Source of the DNA: Eledone cirrhosa
Lineage: Eukaryota
DNA: 64,000 nucleotides
Assembly (NCBI GenBank): GCA_964016885.1
Contig: OZ024753.1
Location: forward strand, 23,188,001-23,252,000
Reading direction: 5' to 3'
Part shown: one piece after another, positions 14,305 to 26,400 of the stretch
How positions within the stretch are numbered: the first letter of the stretch is position 1
Layout of the letters: the number at the start of each line of letters is the position of its first letter
Notes under the pieces: model-generated
The model's database searches: none
What the model saw: the letters and a program-made list of their open reading frames with translations, nothing else
Told to the model about the DNA's origin: nothing
Position numbers and translations under genes: made by a program

Positions 14305-15350
14305 ATGGAAAAGAATGAAATGAAATTTCATTTCTCACTCTCAGTACGGATGATACCTAAATATAAGTATGTATACGTACATACATATATGTGTACAGAC
14401 GCACAGTTGTATGTATAGATATACATACATGCACACATATATATATATGTACGTATGGGTTTACCGAACATTTATCATAATGTTCGGTTTGTTTGTAAAC
14501 AAACAGCCCGAATTACGCCGTACAGTGCTCGGCAACCATCGTCGCCCTTTTGTTCAACACTGACACAGGAACGAGTTTCAAGCTTATTAGATATTGTCAG
14601 GATCGTATACCTTTCTGTCAGATGATTGAACGTCTGAAAGTATATACTTTCGTCATGCATATTAACGGCTGAGCAGCCTAATTTGCATATCGAGTGAGTT
14701 AGTCGGCCGGGCATACCGAAAACGATAAATGGAAAAGAATGAAACGAAATTTCATTTCTCACTCTTAGTACGGCTGATACCTAAATATAAGTATGTATAC
14801 GTACATACATATATGTGTACAGACGCACAGTAGTATGTATATATATACATGCACATATATATATATGTACGGATGGGTTTACCGAACATTTATTATAATG
14901 CTCGGTTTGTTTGTAAACAATTAAGCCGTACAGTGTTCAGCAACCATCTTTGCCCTTTTGTTCAACACTGACACAGGAACGATGCACTAGTTTCAAGCTT
15001 GAATACTTATATTTAGATATCAGCTGTACTAAGAGTGAGAAATGGAATTTCGTTTCATTCTTTTCCAATTATCGTTTTCGGTATGCCCTGCTGACTAACT
15101 CACTCGATATGCAAATTAGGCTGCTCAGCCGTTAATATGCATAACGAAAGTATATACTTTCAGACGTTCAATCATCTGACAGAAAGGTATACGATGCTAA
15201 CGATAGCTAATAAGCTTGAAACTAGTACATGGATCCAGTGTTGAACAAAAGGGCGACGATGGATGCCGAGCACTCTACGGCGTAATTCGGGCTGTTTGTT
15301 TACAAACAAACCGAACATTATAATAAATCTTCGGTAAACCCATACGTACA
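14305..15350. repeat. Family B: 424-bp unit, about 1.6 tandem copies followed by an inverted copy
   Basis: ATGGAAAAGAATGAAA at 14305 and 14729. About 15001-15350 is reverse-complementary to the region spanning the unit junction. Confidence 0.9.
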
Positions 15351-15542
15351 AAGAATCAGTTCTTTGTAATTTATTTTTAAATTTTTTTATTTTATTTTCA
15401 ACCCCAAAACTTTCCGGACTTTCGCAGTTATCTACGTTACACCCCCCCCCCCGCACGCAGTCTACTATTGCCTGTGTGAAGTGACCGAGTTTCTGCGCAT
15501 GCGCGTTCGTACGGTTGTCCTTCCCGTTCCTATAACCATATA

Positions 15543-15590
15543 CATCCCGAGCTGAAGATCCGCGAAGGTGAAACAATTGTTCTCGGTATG
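15543..15590 (+). ncRNA. Minimal type I hammerhead ribozyme
   Basis: CATCCCGAG-CTGAAGA-TCC GCGAA GGT-GAAAC AATT GTT-CTCGGTATG. Stem I pairs, core intact, palindromic loop III, GUU cleavage triplet. Confidence 0.8.
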
Positions 15591-15617
15591 GTGAACTAAC
15601 TGTTGTGTAACCACTGT

Positions 15618-15669
<52 letters not shown>

Positions 15670-15959
15670 AATATATCTATATCTCCTTATAATATATAAC
15701 CAGCAATTTCTCTGTCTGTCTGTCCGACAGTGGAAACACGTGCGCGCGTGGTTGCTATCTCTCCAGCTATCCCTCTCTTTTAGTCTGTCTGTTTCTCTCA
15801 CTCTCACTCTTTCTCTTTGTAACACACTAACATTCCTCCCTTCTATCGCTGTGACGAATGGGGAGGTGGAGGAGGAGGAGGAGGAGAGAGTCACTTCGTC
15901 ACTTCACCTCTGCCTTTCTTTCTCTGCCCTCTCACTCCCTCATTACGTACAGACATTAG

Positions 15960-16115
15960 GGCGGTGGATTGGCAGAATCTGTAGAGAGTCGGACACCATG
16001 CTTCATAGCATGGAGTTACGTCCCTTTACGGTCTCAGTTCAAATACCGCCGAGGTTGACTTTGCCTTTCATCCTCACGGGGTCGATAAAATAAAGTACCA
16101 GTAATGTACTGGGTA
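15960..16115 (+). mobile_element. tRNA-derived SINE of the octopus type
   Basis: B-box GTTCAAATACC followed by GCCGAGGTTGACTTTGCCTTTCATCC..GGGGTCGATAAAATAAAGTACCAG. Recognised from memory of cephalopod SINE cores. Confidence 0.75.
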
Positions 16116-16269
16116 ATTGCTGGCCTTGTGCCAAAAGTAGAAACAATTATTAGAAACATTGCTTCATTTTTACATATCTAAGCATTAGTAAAATAACTAA
16201 TAATTTCAAAAGTAATTTTTCAATTCAAATTGTTATGAACAGCAAAACATTAATAATAATTTTGTTCTA

Positions 16270-16516
16270 AGAAATATATATACATTTCTGTGTGTAATAT
16301 ATATATATATATATACACACACAGAAATATATATACATTTCTGTGTGTGTAATATATATATATACACACAGAAATATATATACATTTCTGTGTGTGTAAT
16401 ATATATATATATACACACACAGAAATATATATATATACACACAGAAATATATATACATTTCTGTGTGTAATATATATATATACACACACAGAAATATATA
16501 TACATTTCTGTGTGTG

Positions 16517-16595
<79 letters not shown>

Positions 16596-16605
16596 CAGAA
16601 ATATA
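16270..16605. repeat. Minisatellite of self-complementary units ACACAGAAAT-ATATATAC-ATTTCTGTGT separated by (TA)n
   Basis: About 5-6 complete or partial units read directly. Confidence 0.9.
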
Positions 16606-17109
16606 TGGGCATTTCTCTGTTTGTCTGTCTGTCTGTCTGTCCTTCCCTAAAACTGAAATGTAGGTGCTACAGAAATATTACCTTTCTCTTCCTTTCTCCA
16701 CTTTGGTACTACCAAGAGAAACACTGTCGCTATAGAAACATTACCTTCCCCTCTCCACTGACTTTGGTCACTGAGGCCGAGGGAATGGCTGGTTGCTATA
16801 GAGACACCTTGCACAAGCCATAAGTAACCAGTTCGAGGCGGTTCTGACTTGACACCATGCCAAGGACCATTTGAAGATATATTTCCATCGTTATATCATA
16901 ACGTTTATGTATCATAACGTTTATATTTCCGTCACTAATCTCTTTTTCTCCTTTTTCGTTTTAACATATATTTATTTCAAAGATTTCACCGTATAGATAA
17001 CATATATATTTATACATGCATAAAAGACACACCGAGAGACGGTGAACATGTGGTGCCGAAAACACTTTTCATCCAAATCTCAACAATATCAGTATATACA
17101 CTAGATATC

Positions 17110-17530
17110 CTAGCAGAAAACCGCCCACCGGGAGGTTTTCTGCTAGTCTATATATACAAAACTGAGGATGTCTGTCTGTGTGTGTGTGAGTTCGAATGCC
17201 TAAAACTCGAGAACCACCCAACCGACTGTTTATAAACTTTACACATGTAATACTTATGTTTCAGGGAGTGTTTTCTATGCCACAGGGACCACATTAGGCG
17301 ATTGAGCGATCTCGCTTTATAATTCTTAGTCTTTCTCTTTTTAGATAGATACATACTTATAACGTCGCGCCCTTATAATATCTGTCTGTATGTCTGCCTG
17401 TCTGCATTACGTCACTTCCTTGAGGATGTCTGTGTGTGTGTGTGTGTGTTAGTTTGAATCCCTAAAACTCGAGAAGTACCCAACCGATCTTTTTCAAACT
17501 TTACATGTGTATTACTTATGTTTCAATTGT
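17110..17530 (+). mobile_element. Possible non-autonomous Helitron-like junction (hairpin ending CTAG, then TCTATATATACAAAACTG..GTCTGTCTG start)
   Basis: 13-bp stem CTAGCAGAAAACC/GGTTTTCTGCTAG at 17110-17146. About 17162-17280 is repeated at about 17421-17525. A similar start lies on the - strand at about 40420-40455. No coding support. Confidence 0.35.
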
Positions 17531-17578
17531 GTATTACTTATGTATTACTTATGTTTCAACTTTTTGCATCTCCTAGAT

Positions 17579-17975
17579 AAGAGAAAAGCGTGCTAATTGT
17601 AATTATGGCAAAAGGAAGGTAAAGTTACATTGTAGTAGTGATTTGAGAAAAACTAGGATTTAGGATCAAATGATGGCAGCAGCTGAGAAGGAATAAGTTT
17701 GTGGGTTGATGAGGTACTTACAGACATTTGTATGGTATAGACTTGTGAAGGATATAGTATACTTAGTAGTATACAGAAATATATTCATTAAGTATACTAT
17801 ATCCTTCACAAGTCTATACCATACAAATGTCTGTAAGTACCTCATCAACCCACAAACTTATTCCTTCTCAGCTGCTGCCATCATTTGATCCTAAATCCTA
17901 GTTTTTCTCAAATCACTACTACAATGTAACTTTACCTTCCTTTTGCCATAATTACAATTAGTACGCTTATCTCTT
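17579..17975. repeat. Near-perfect palindrome, about 187-bp arms, 23-nt spacer
   Basis: 17579-17765 is the reverse complement of 17789-17975. Mirror ORFs appear on both strands. Confidence 0.97.
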
Positions 17976-18040
17976 TGCATGTATGTATATTTTTGTACGA
18001 GTGTATATTGATGTGTATGTATGTGTCTATGTACACATGC

Positions 18041-18122
<82 letters not shown>

Positions 18123-18498
18123 ATATGCGTATATTACCTCGTTAACCTCTGTATTAACTCAACAACTATTTAGCTTTGACAGTGTTGTCCCACTCATGTA
18201 TGTTATTGAAGATGAAAAGAAAGACTGTAAACACTGGCTTATCTTTATAATTTAAAATTGATACACACTTCGATACTCTGTACATGCCAAACTCTTACCT
18301 TTGCCTCATGACAGCTAGTTTTACACGCCGTAATCTTAGATACACTATACCCCCCACCTAAGTAATGTCAGGGTCTCCTCAAATAATTTATTAATAGCAT
18401 TGTTGTAATTGTTGTTATTGTTCTAATTGAATGCTATTACTACTTCATATAGTAGCCTGTATATTCTTTTCTTGCCTGTGTATTCTCTTCATTCTCGC

Positions 18499-18609
18499 AT
18501 GCTCCGAAGATCTGACTGGTTATAACTTTGTATTGGCGATCGAGTAACGTGAAAATAAGCGAATAGCGATCTTTAGACCTACCAGTTCAGAGAAACAATT
18601 GTCAGCTAT
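18499..18609 (+). ncRNA. Hammerhead-like motif with CCGAAGA core and long stem II insert
   Basis: ATGCT-CCGAAGA-TCTGACTGGT..60 nt..ACCAGTTCAGA-GAAAC AATT GTC-AGCTAT. Confidence 0.55.
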
Positions 18610-18661
18610 AAGATTAAAAACCGTTTTTGTATAGCAAACCATGTCAACCTTCTTTCCTGAT

Positions 18662-18796
18662 TTATATATATATATATGTGTGTATATATATATATAAATA
18701 TATGTATATATATATGTATATATATATATATATGTACATGTATATATATATATATATGTGTGTGTATGTATATATATGTATATATATATATATATA

Positions 18797-18865
<69 letters not shown>

Positions 18866-18959
18866 ATATATATGTATATATATTTATATGTATAAATATA
18901 TATATGTATATATATATATATATATATATGTATATGTATATATGTATATATATATGTAT

Positions 18960-19011
<52 letters not shown>

Positions 19012-19050
19012 GTATATATGTATATATATATGTATAAATATATGTATATG

Positions 19051-19087
<37 letters not shown>

Positions 19088-19114
19088 AAATATATATATA
19101 TGTATATATATATG

Positions 19115-19191
<77 letters not shown>

Positions 19192-19200
19192 GTGTATAAA
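18662..19200. repeat. Long (TA)n/(TATG) microsatellite, one of dozens of (TA)n tracts in the window
   Basis: Read directly. Confidence 0.99.
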
Positions 19201-19203
19201 TGT

Positions 19204-19395
19204 ATTACTCTTTTACCTGTTCCAGCTGGGGCACCGCCCTTTTTGCTACACATTTTCTCTCCAGCCTAAATTGGTTGGCCACTGGTGTAAGGGGGAGTTT
19301 GTTACTGCTGCACTTAGGTTTGCCCCGTGCCTTGCTGTGTGCTCATCCGGAACCCAGGTGTCGAGATGTTTCTTGAAGACATCCACCTGCAGAAA
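19204..19395 (-). mobile_element. 3' end fragment of the CR1-type LINE family
   Basis: Reverse complement resembles about 34220-34420 (KHLDT..PDE; GGCGGTGCCCCAGC..GGAACAGGTAAAAGAGTAA tail). Confidence 0.85.
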
Positions 19396-19442
19396 GCACG
19401 TGTGTGCGTGTGTTGTTTTTAGGAGAATATTACACAGTGAAA

Positions 19443-19532
<90 letters not shown>

Positions 19533-19534
<2 letters not shown>

Positions 19535-20150
19535 GAATAAAAAGAGACCGAGAAACAGGAAAAGTTCTTCATCAGTAGTCTGCTTATTCTCATTGGTATA
19601 AGACTAGATACCTAAAATCAGTGCGAGAGATAAATATATTAAGTTATCGGGACAGAGGAAAGGAAACAAACAATATGGTAGCAATGCAACGGAAAGAGAG
19701 GAAAAGTGAGGGAAGTCAAAGAATCTTGTGGGTTTAACTCCGATAAATCAAATGACGAGAAAAAAACAGACACGTCCGAGCCACGAAAAAAGTGAGAGAG
19801 GAAAGAATTTCGGCAGGTCAGAGGGGAGGATGTAAGAGAGGAGGAGTCGCAGAGAGTGAGTGAGTGAAAGTGTGAGGAAGGGGCCAGCCTAGAATCAGTG
19901 ACCAGCAGCGGGAGTGGAGGAAGGCAAGAGGTGAAGGAGAGAGAACGGGGAGAGAGAAAGAGGATAGCAGTAAAGTGACAGAAAGTATACGAACCACAGC
20001 GAAGGGGAAAAGTATATGTGAATAAAAAATTGCGTGCTGCGTTGTTGCGAATATGAACATATGAATAAAAATAGACCGAGAAACAGGAAAAGTCCTTCAT
20101 CAGTAGTCTGCTGATTCCCATTGGTATTTCTTCACATTAAAGACTAGATA
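19533..20150 (-). repeat. Family A, divergent member: 528-bp unit in about 1.15 copies with CUGAUGA motif on the - strand
   Basis: ATGAATAAAA..GACCGAGAAACAGGAAAAGT..TTCATCAG at 19533 and 20061. Body motif CAGAGAGTGAGTGAGTG is shared with 22831 and 23908. Confidence 0.8.
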
Positions 20151-20153
20151 TAT

Positions 20154-21008
20154 CTAAGGCGGGTAAAATTCCCGAGATCCATGGACGAGTTCTCTCCAGC
20201 GGTCTCTGTCCCTCATTATCGCTGCCATGTCCTGAGTCTCCAACAGACCAGTGTCTGTCCTTAGGGCATCAGCATACGCTAACTTTGGTCTTCCTCTTCT
20301 AGTGTGTCCATGTAGGGGATCCCACAGGAGCACTGAGTACAATGTCAACTCTGGATGTCGGTGAGCATGTCCAGCTAACCTCAGTCTCCTCTGTGTCACT
20401 TTTGAGCTGACTTTTGGGATGCTCCCATACAGCTCTGAGTTTTTCATCCTCAGTGTATACTGATTAATGTTCAGAGCCATCCTCAGCATTCTCGTGTAGC
20501 ACCCATCCACCATCTGAGTGAGTTTCTTGGTCAGTGTCCAAGTCTCAGACTCATACAGCAGCACAGACTCCACTACAGCAATGAAGAGGCGGATTTTCAG
20601 GTCTTTACGAAGGTCCGACTTCCACACCGATCTCAAGCTGTGGCACGCCGCCCAGGCTTTGCTCTTCCTTTCAACCACATCATCTACCGTATTCCCAATC
20701 TTTGATCCCAAATACAGGAAGCCCACAACCAATTCCAGCGGCTTCCCGCCTACATTAGTGATCCACTCTGGCTTCTCAACATTCTCTACCAGATATTTTG
20801 TTTTAGTCTCATTCATTCTCAGCCCCACACTCATCGACACAGTCTCAACCTCCCGCATCAAATCCTCTGCCTCCTTCACTGTATTTGTCACCAAAACTAT
20901 GTCGTCGGCAAATTCAGCATCCGATACCTTTTTCGCCTTAACTCTCCTGCTCTGAGCCGGTGCTACAGTAAAGCAAGAGTCCTGGTGTTTCTGCAGTGCA
21001 AGGCGCAC
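20154..21008 (-). mobile_element. 5'-truncated RTE-clade LINE (RT C-terminal part, open for 284 aa)
   Basis: FADD, FLYLGSKI, RLFIAVVESVLLYESETWTL, RRLRLAGH, RGRPK. Confidence 0.92.
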
Positions 21009-21022
21009 TAGATATATATGTG

Positions 21023-21119
<97 letters not shown>

Positions 21120-21288
21120 CTATTTATAGTTATGTATATAGTATAAACAACTATAAGCAAGAAGGTCAGTAATTTCTTAATTACCTTATTACCAGTAAGA
21201 GAAATAGCACAATGTATGAACATCAGTTGTTTTACAGAGCAGTTAAATAAATAAATTATACAATTATCAAAGTTGTGTTCAAATCATT

Positions 21289-21342
21289 TAATAGCGGACA
21301 ATCGTTTCTTCCAAACTCTCGTTTGGTGTCATCGGAGCATTA
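21289..21342 (-). ncRNA. Hammerhead-like motif with CCGAUGA core
   Basis: Minus strand TAATGCT-CCGATGA-CACCAAAC GAGA GTTTGGAA-GAAAC GATT GTC-CGCTATTA. Confidence 0.55.
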
Positions 21343-21629
21343 TCCATGTTTGCACATATAATTACCCTCCTATTCAACTGAACAATAATATAGATACAAA
21401 TAAATTGATGGTGTGAGCAACAGTTTCGTATTTACAGGGTGGAATGGATGTGACATATTTTACGAGAATTGTACAATAATTGTATAAACATTCAAGTTCA
21501 AATTCAAATCAAAATTAAATTTAAAATCAAAATTAAAATCAAAAGCACGGAGTGGAATACATGCAACAGTTAAAACAAGGGAATAGTCCAAATATTAAAG
21601 AGGCGTTGGGGAAGCAGTTTTGAGAAAGG

Positions 21630-21739
21630 AAGAGTGCGATAACAAATCATATGAAGGCGTGTGGATAGTGTGACTGCGTAAGTCATATACATGAGTCACA
21701 CTATCCACACGCCTGCATATGATTTGTTATCGCACTCTT
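21630..21739. repeat. Fold-back palindrome, about 46-bp arms, abutting (TA)n
   Basis: AAGAGTGCGATAACAAATC..GTGACT / AGTCAC..GATTTGTTATCGCACTCTT. Confidence 0.92.
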
Positions 21740-21745
21740 TATATG

Positions 21746-21779
<34 letters not shown>

Positions 21780-21781
21780 GG

Positions 21782-21812
<31 letters not shown>

Positions 21813-22059
21813 GTATATATATATGTATATATATATATGTATATAGATATATATGTATATAGATATGTATATATGTATATAGATATATATGTATATAGAT
21901 ATATATGTATATATATATATATGTATGCAGAGGTTATATTTAATTTGTTGGGATTCAACAAGCTTAAACATTTTTATAACTGATATAAACACTCAACAAG
22001 TTAGTGGAGTAAATACACAATATATTAATAAATGGAAACTATATTTATAAAACCATATT

Positions 22060-22124
22060 TATTTTATTATATATATTTCAAGGGCAACCAAAGCAAATTA
22101 TGGTGCGTTTCATCAGATAAAATA
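22060..22124 (-). ncRNA. Type I hammerhead ribozyme inside a ~260-bp pLTR-like repeat (about 21930-22200)
   Basis: TATTTTAT-CTGATGA-AACGCACCA..TGGTTGCCCTT-GAAAT ATAT ATA-ATAAAATA. Confidence 0.8.
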
Positions 22125-22227
22125 CAGATTTGTTTTATAAATAATATTGACATACCCGGAAAAAAGATAACCTTAACGGTTGGAGCTTCCTGGATAGTAT
22201 ATATATATATAAATATATACATAGATA

Positions 22228-22296
<69 letters not shown>

Positions 22297-22313
22297 CATA
22301 TATACATAGATAG

Positions 22314-22349
<36 letters not shown>

Positions 22350-22373
22350 CATAGATAGTATATATATATATAT

Positions 22374-23502
22374 ATGAATAAAGTTAGTCCTTCATCTGTG
22401 ATCTTCCAACCATCATCGGTATTTCATCGCTTTAAAGACCATATACCTCCGGTTGGTGCGAGCAACGGCTAAAGAAAGTCGTTCGGACACGTAAATAAAG
22501 GGAACAGCGAGAGTGTAAACAAACAAAGATGGTAAAGCAACGAAAAATGAGGAAGAATGAGTCAAGTCCCAAATTTCCATGAATATAAGTTCGGTGAAAT
22601 CGTGAACGAGAGAGAATAAAGACCATCAAACCTGGTTGAAATGTAAGCAGGGAAGGAATTCCGCACAGGTCTAACGGGAGGAAGAAGGGGTCTAGTCTAT
22701 GAATTCGGTGAACATAAGTTCTGTGAAATCGTAGACGAGAGAGAGAAAAAAAGGGGAACCGGCCTGGCCAAGCGTGCGAGAGAAAAGAATTAGGGACAGT
22801 TCAAACGAGAAGAAGTAGGAGAGGTAGTAACAGAGAGTGAGTGAGTGAAGGGTGAGGAAGAGGCTAACAGAGAGAGTGACTGTTAGAGAGGGTACAGAGA
22901 AAGAGGAAGCAGTAAGAACGAAATAGACGGGTCACAGCGGGGGAAAATATATGTGTAAATATGAGAATAAACGTGCTGCGTGGTTTCAAATGGGTTATAT
23001 ATGAATAAAGTTAGTCCTTCATCAGTGATCTTCCAACCATCATCGGTATTCATCGCTTTAAAGACCATATACCTCCGGTTGGTGCGAGCAATGGCTAAAG
23101 AAAGTCGTTGGGACACGTAATTAAAGGGAACAGCGAGAGTGTAAACAAACAAAGATGGTAAAGCAACGATTGTAAACAAACAAAGATGGTAAAGTCTACG
23201 ATTTCACAGAACTTATGTTTACCGAATTCACAGACTGGACTCCTTCTTCCTCCCATTAGACCTGTGCGGAATTCCTTCCCTGCTCACATTTCAACCAGGT
23301 TTGATGGTCTTTATTCTCTCTCGTTCACGATTTCACCGAACTTATATTCATAGAAATTTGGGACTTGACTCGTTCTTCCTCACTTTTCGTTGCTTTACCA
23401 TCTTTGTTTGTTTACACTCTCGCTGTTCCCTTTATTTACGTGTCCCAACGACATTGTTTAGTCGTTGCTCGCACCAACCGGAGGTATATGGTCTTTAAAG
23501 CG
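22374..23502. repeat. Family A: 627-bp unit in about 1.25 copies plus an inverted partial copy (about 23193-23502)
   Basis: ATGAATAAAGTTAGTCCTTCATC at 22374 and 23001. Mirror ORFs 22432-22629(-) and 23301-23498(+). Confidence 0.9.
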
Positions 23503-23537
23503 ATATATATATATATATATATATACATATATATAAA

Positions 23538-24260
23538 CAAGGGGAGAAGAATACTGCGTGGTTGCACATGGATTATATATTATAAAATTAGTCCCTCATC
23601 AGTGATTTGCCAGCCATCATTGGTATTTCATCGCATTAAAAATCAGATACCTCAGGTTGGTGCGAGCAATAACTAAAATAAGCTATTGGGACAAGTGAAA
23701 CGCGTAAAGCGAGTGAGACAAGTAAACAACAAGAAGGAAAAGCAAACCGAAGGTTTGAAAAACAGCAAGCAACATGATGGTTATCCGATCAGCATAAGCT
23801 GGGTGAATTTCATGAGCGGTCAGAGAAGCAGACCGTACGCCGTGAATGCGGTGTGAGAAAGAAGGAACCCCACTACTAGTGAACGGGAGGAAGTGAGAGG
23901 GGAGAAACAGAGAGTGAGTGAGTGGAAGTGCGAGGAAGAGGTCAGTCGAGAGAAAGTGTAACTGACAGAGGAGGCGAAAGAAGCTAAGAGAAACAGAGAG
24001 AACGGGGGAGCAGTAAGAGAGAAAGAGAGAAACAGATAATCGCAGTCTAGGTAAATATATATGAAAAGCAAGGGGAGAAGAATACTGCGTGTTTGCACAT
24101 GGATTACATATAAAATTAGTCCCTCATCAGTGATTTGCCAACCATCATTGGTATTTCATCGCATTAAAAATCAGATACCTCAGGTTGGTGCGAGCAATAA
24201 CTAAAATAAGCTATTGGGACAAGTGAAACGCGTAAAGCGAGTGAGAGAAGTAAACAACAA

Positions 24261-24262
<2 letters not shown>
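23538..24262 (-). repeat. Family A, third subfamily: 531-bp unit in about 1.35 copies between (TA)n tracts
   Basis: CAAGGGGAGAAGAATACTGCGTG at 23538 and 24069. Confidence 0.9.
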
Positions 24263-24354
<92 letters not shown>

Positions 24355-24463
24355 TATCTATGTATGTATATATATATATATATATATATACTATCCAGGA
24401 AGCTCCAACCGTTAAGGTTGTCTTTTTTTCAGGTATGTCAATATTATTTATAAAACAAATCTG

Positions 24464-24529
24464 TATTTTATCTGATGAAAGCGCACCATAATTTGCTTTG
24501 GTTGCCCTTGAAATATATATAATAAAATA
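24464..24529 (+). ncRNA. Type I hammerhead ribozyme in the inverted partner (about 24390-24660) of the 21930-22200 repeat
   Basis: TATTTTAT-CTGATGA-AAGCGCACCA..TGGTTGCCCTT-GAAAT ATAT ATA-ATAAAATA. 8-bp stem I. Confidence 0.85.
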
Positions 24530-24711
24530 AATATGGTTTTATAAATATAGTTTCCATTTATTAATATATTGTGTATTTACTCCACTAACTTGTTGAGTGT
24601 TTAATATCAGTTATAAAAATGTTTAAGCTTGTTGAATCCCAACAAATTAAATATAACTTTATTAATATGTAACCCATTTGCAACCACGCAGCACACGTTT
24701 ATTCTCATATT

Positions 24712-24769
<58 letters not shown>

Positions 24770-24775
<6 letters not shown>

Positions 24776-25345
24776 AAAAAATGAAACGAAATTTCATTTC
24801 TCACACTTAATACGGCTGTTACTTAAATATAAGTATCTATACGAACATACATATATGTATACAGACGGACAGTAGTATGGATATATATACATAATTGCAC
24901 ACATATATATATGTACGTATGGATTCACCGAACATTTATTATAATGCTCGGTGTGTTTGTAAACAAACATCCCGAATTAAGCCGTACAGTGTCTAGCAAA
25001 ATGAAATTTCGTTTCATTTTTTCTGTTTATCGTTTTCATTACCCCGGCCGATTAACTCACTCGATATGCAAATTAGGCTGCTCAGCCATTAATATTCATA
25101 AGGAAAGTATATACTTTCAGACGTTCAATCATCTGGCAGGAAGGTATACGTTGCTAATAAGCTTGAAACTAGTACAGCGTTTCTTTGTCAGTGTTGAACA
25201 AATGAGCAACGATTGTTGCTAGAAACTGTACGGCTTAATTCGGGATGTTTGTTTACAAACACACCGAACATAAATGTTCGGTGAATCCATACGTACATAT
25301 ATATATGTGTGCATGTATGTATATATATATATATACATATATGTG
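24770..25345. repeat. Family B copy with internal inversion
   Basis: ATGAAACGAAATTTCATTTCTCAC start as at 14729-14762. Switches strand at about 24995. Confidence 0.85.
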
Positions 25346-25359
25346 TGTACGTATACATA

Positions 25360-25419
<60 letters not shown>

Positions 25420-25460
25420 TGAAAAAGAACAAAGGAACTATTATGACATTATAACAAGTT

Positions 25461-25513
25461 TATTGCCGTCAGCCGTTTCGTCCGACCCCATGGTGGGACT
25501 TATCAAGGCATAT
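25461..25513 (-). ncRNA. Degenerate hammerhead (core TTGATAA, triplet GAC)
   Basis: TGCC-TTGATAA-GTCC..GGAC-GAAAC GGCT GAC-GGCA. Helices are kept, catalytic bases are mutated. Confidence 0.55.
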
Positions 25514-25937
25514 AACATGTGTTTGCAAGATCATTGTTTACATCAACGTATCACTGAAGGCTAGCAGTTTGAAATTGTTGTATACATCAGCAACTCCGCT
25601 TGTATAGTTGGGGTCAATATTCTAAGGGGGGCTCTTTTATATTAGTTGTCGCGGTCAGGGATTGAAGTTTAAAAATTAGACAAAAATATATAATTTACGC
25701 ATCAACATTAAACTAAAAGACTTGGGGTCCCGTAGAAGCACCTTAGAAAATCCCTCAATGAGTGCATAAAGCTTACAGGCTCCAATAAACCTATTAGACT
25801 AGAAGAAAATTAAGAGGCTAATAAAATAAGAAAATAAAAATATAAAGTTTCCCTAAAAAATATATAAAGTTCCTATGAAATTTCTTCTAAGTCAGACGTG
25901 ATCATCGCGATTCACATACGACCTACCATACATCTTA

Positions 25938-26024
<87 letters not shown>

Positions 26025-26084
26025 GTGCATTTATATATTCCTTGTAGTCTAAAGATATTAACTGCAGCTTTTATTTTTCAATTT

Positions 26085-26400
26085 CAACACACTTTATCAG
26101 ACATAACGTTTGGCGCCCCTGATGTCTTAGCGGCAATAAACGAAATTAAACACAATTCAACAGTAGGCCCTGACAAGTTCCCTGCTTGTGTCCTGAAGGT
26201 GTGTCGACACCAACTTGCATCTCATCTTGCTAATCTGTGGAGGAACTCACTGGACACTGGCTATATTCCTGAAAACTTTCTGTCCCAGTCCGTTGTCCCA
26301 GTCTTCAAAAAGGGAAATAAGTCCCTTGCAGTGAACTACCGTCCGATCACACCCACCTCTCATATTATCAATGTATTTGAGAGGGTGGTGAGATCACGAT
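26085..26400 (+). mobile_element. CR1-type LINE RT N-terminal fragment
   Basis: GPDKFPACVLK..VVPVFKKG..NYRPIT.TSHI..VFERVVR. Confidence 0.85.
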
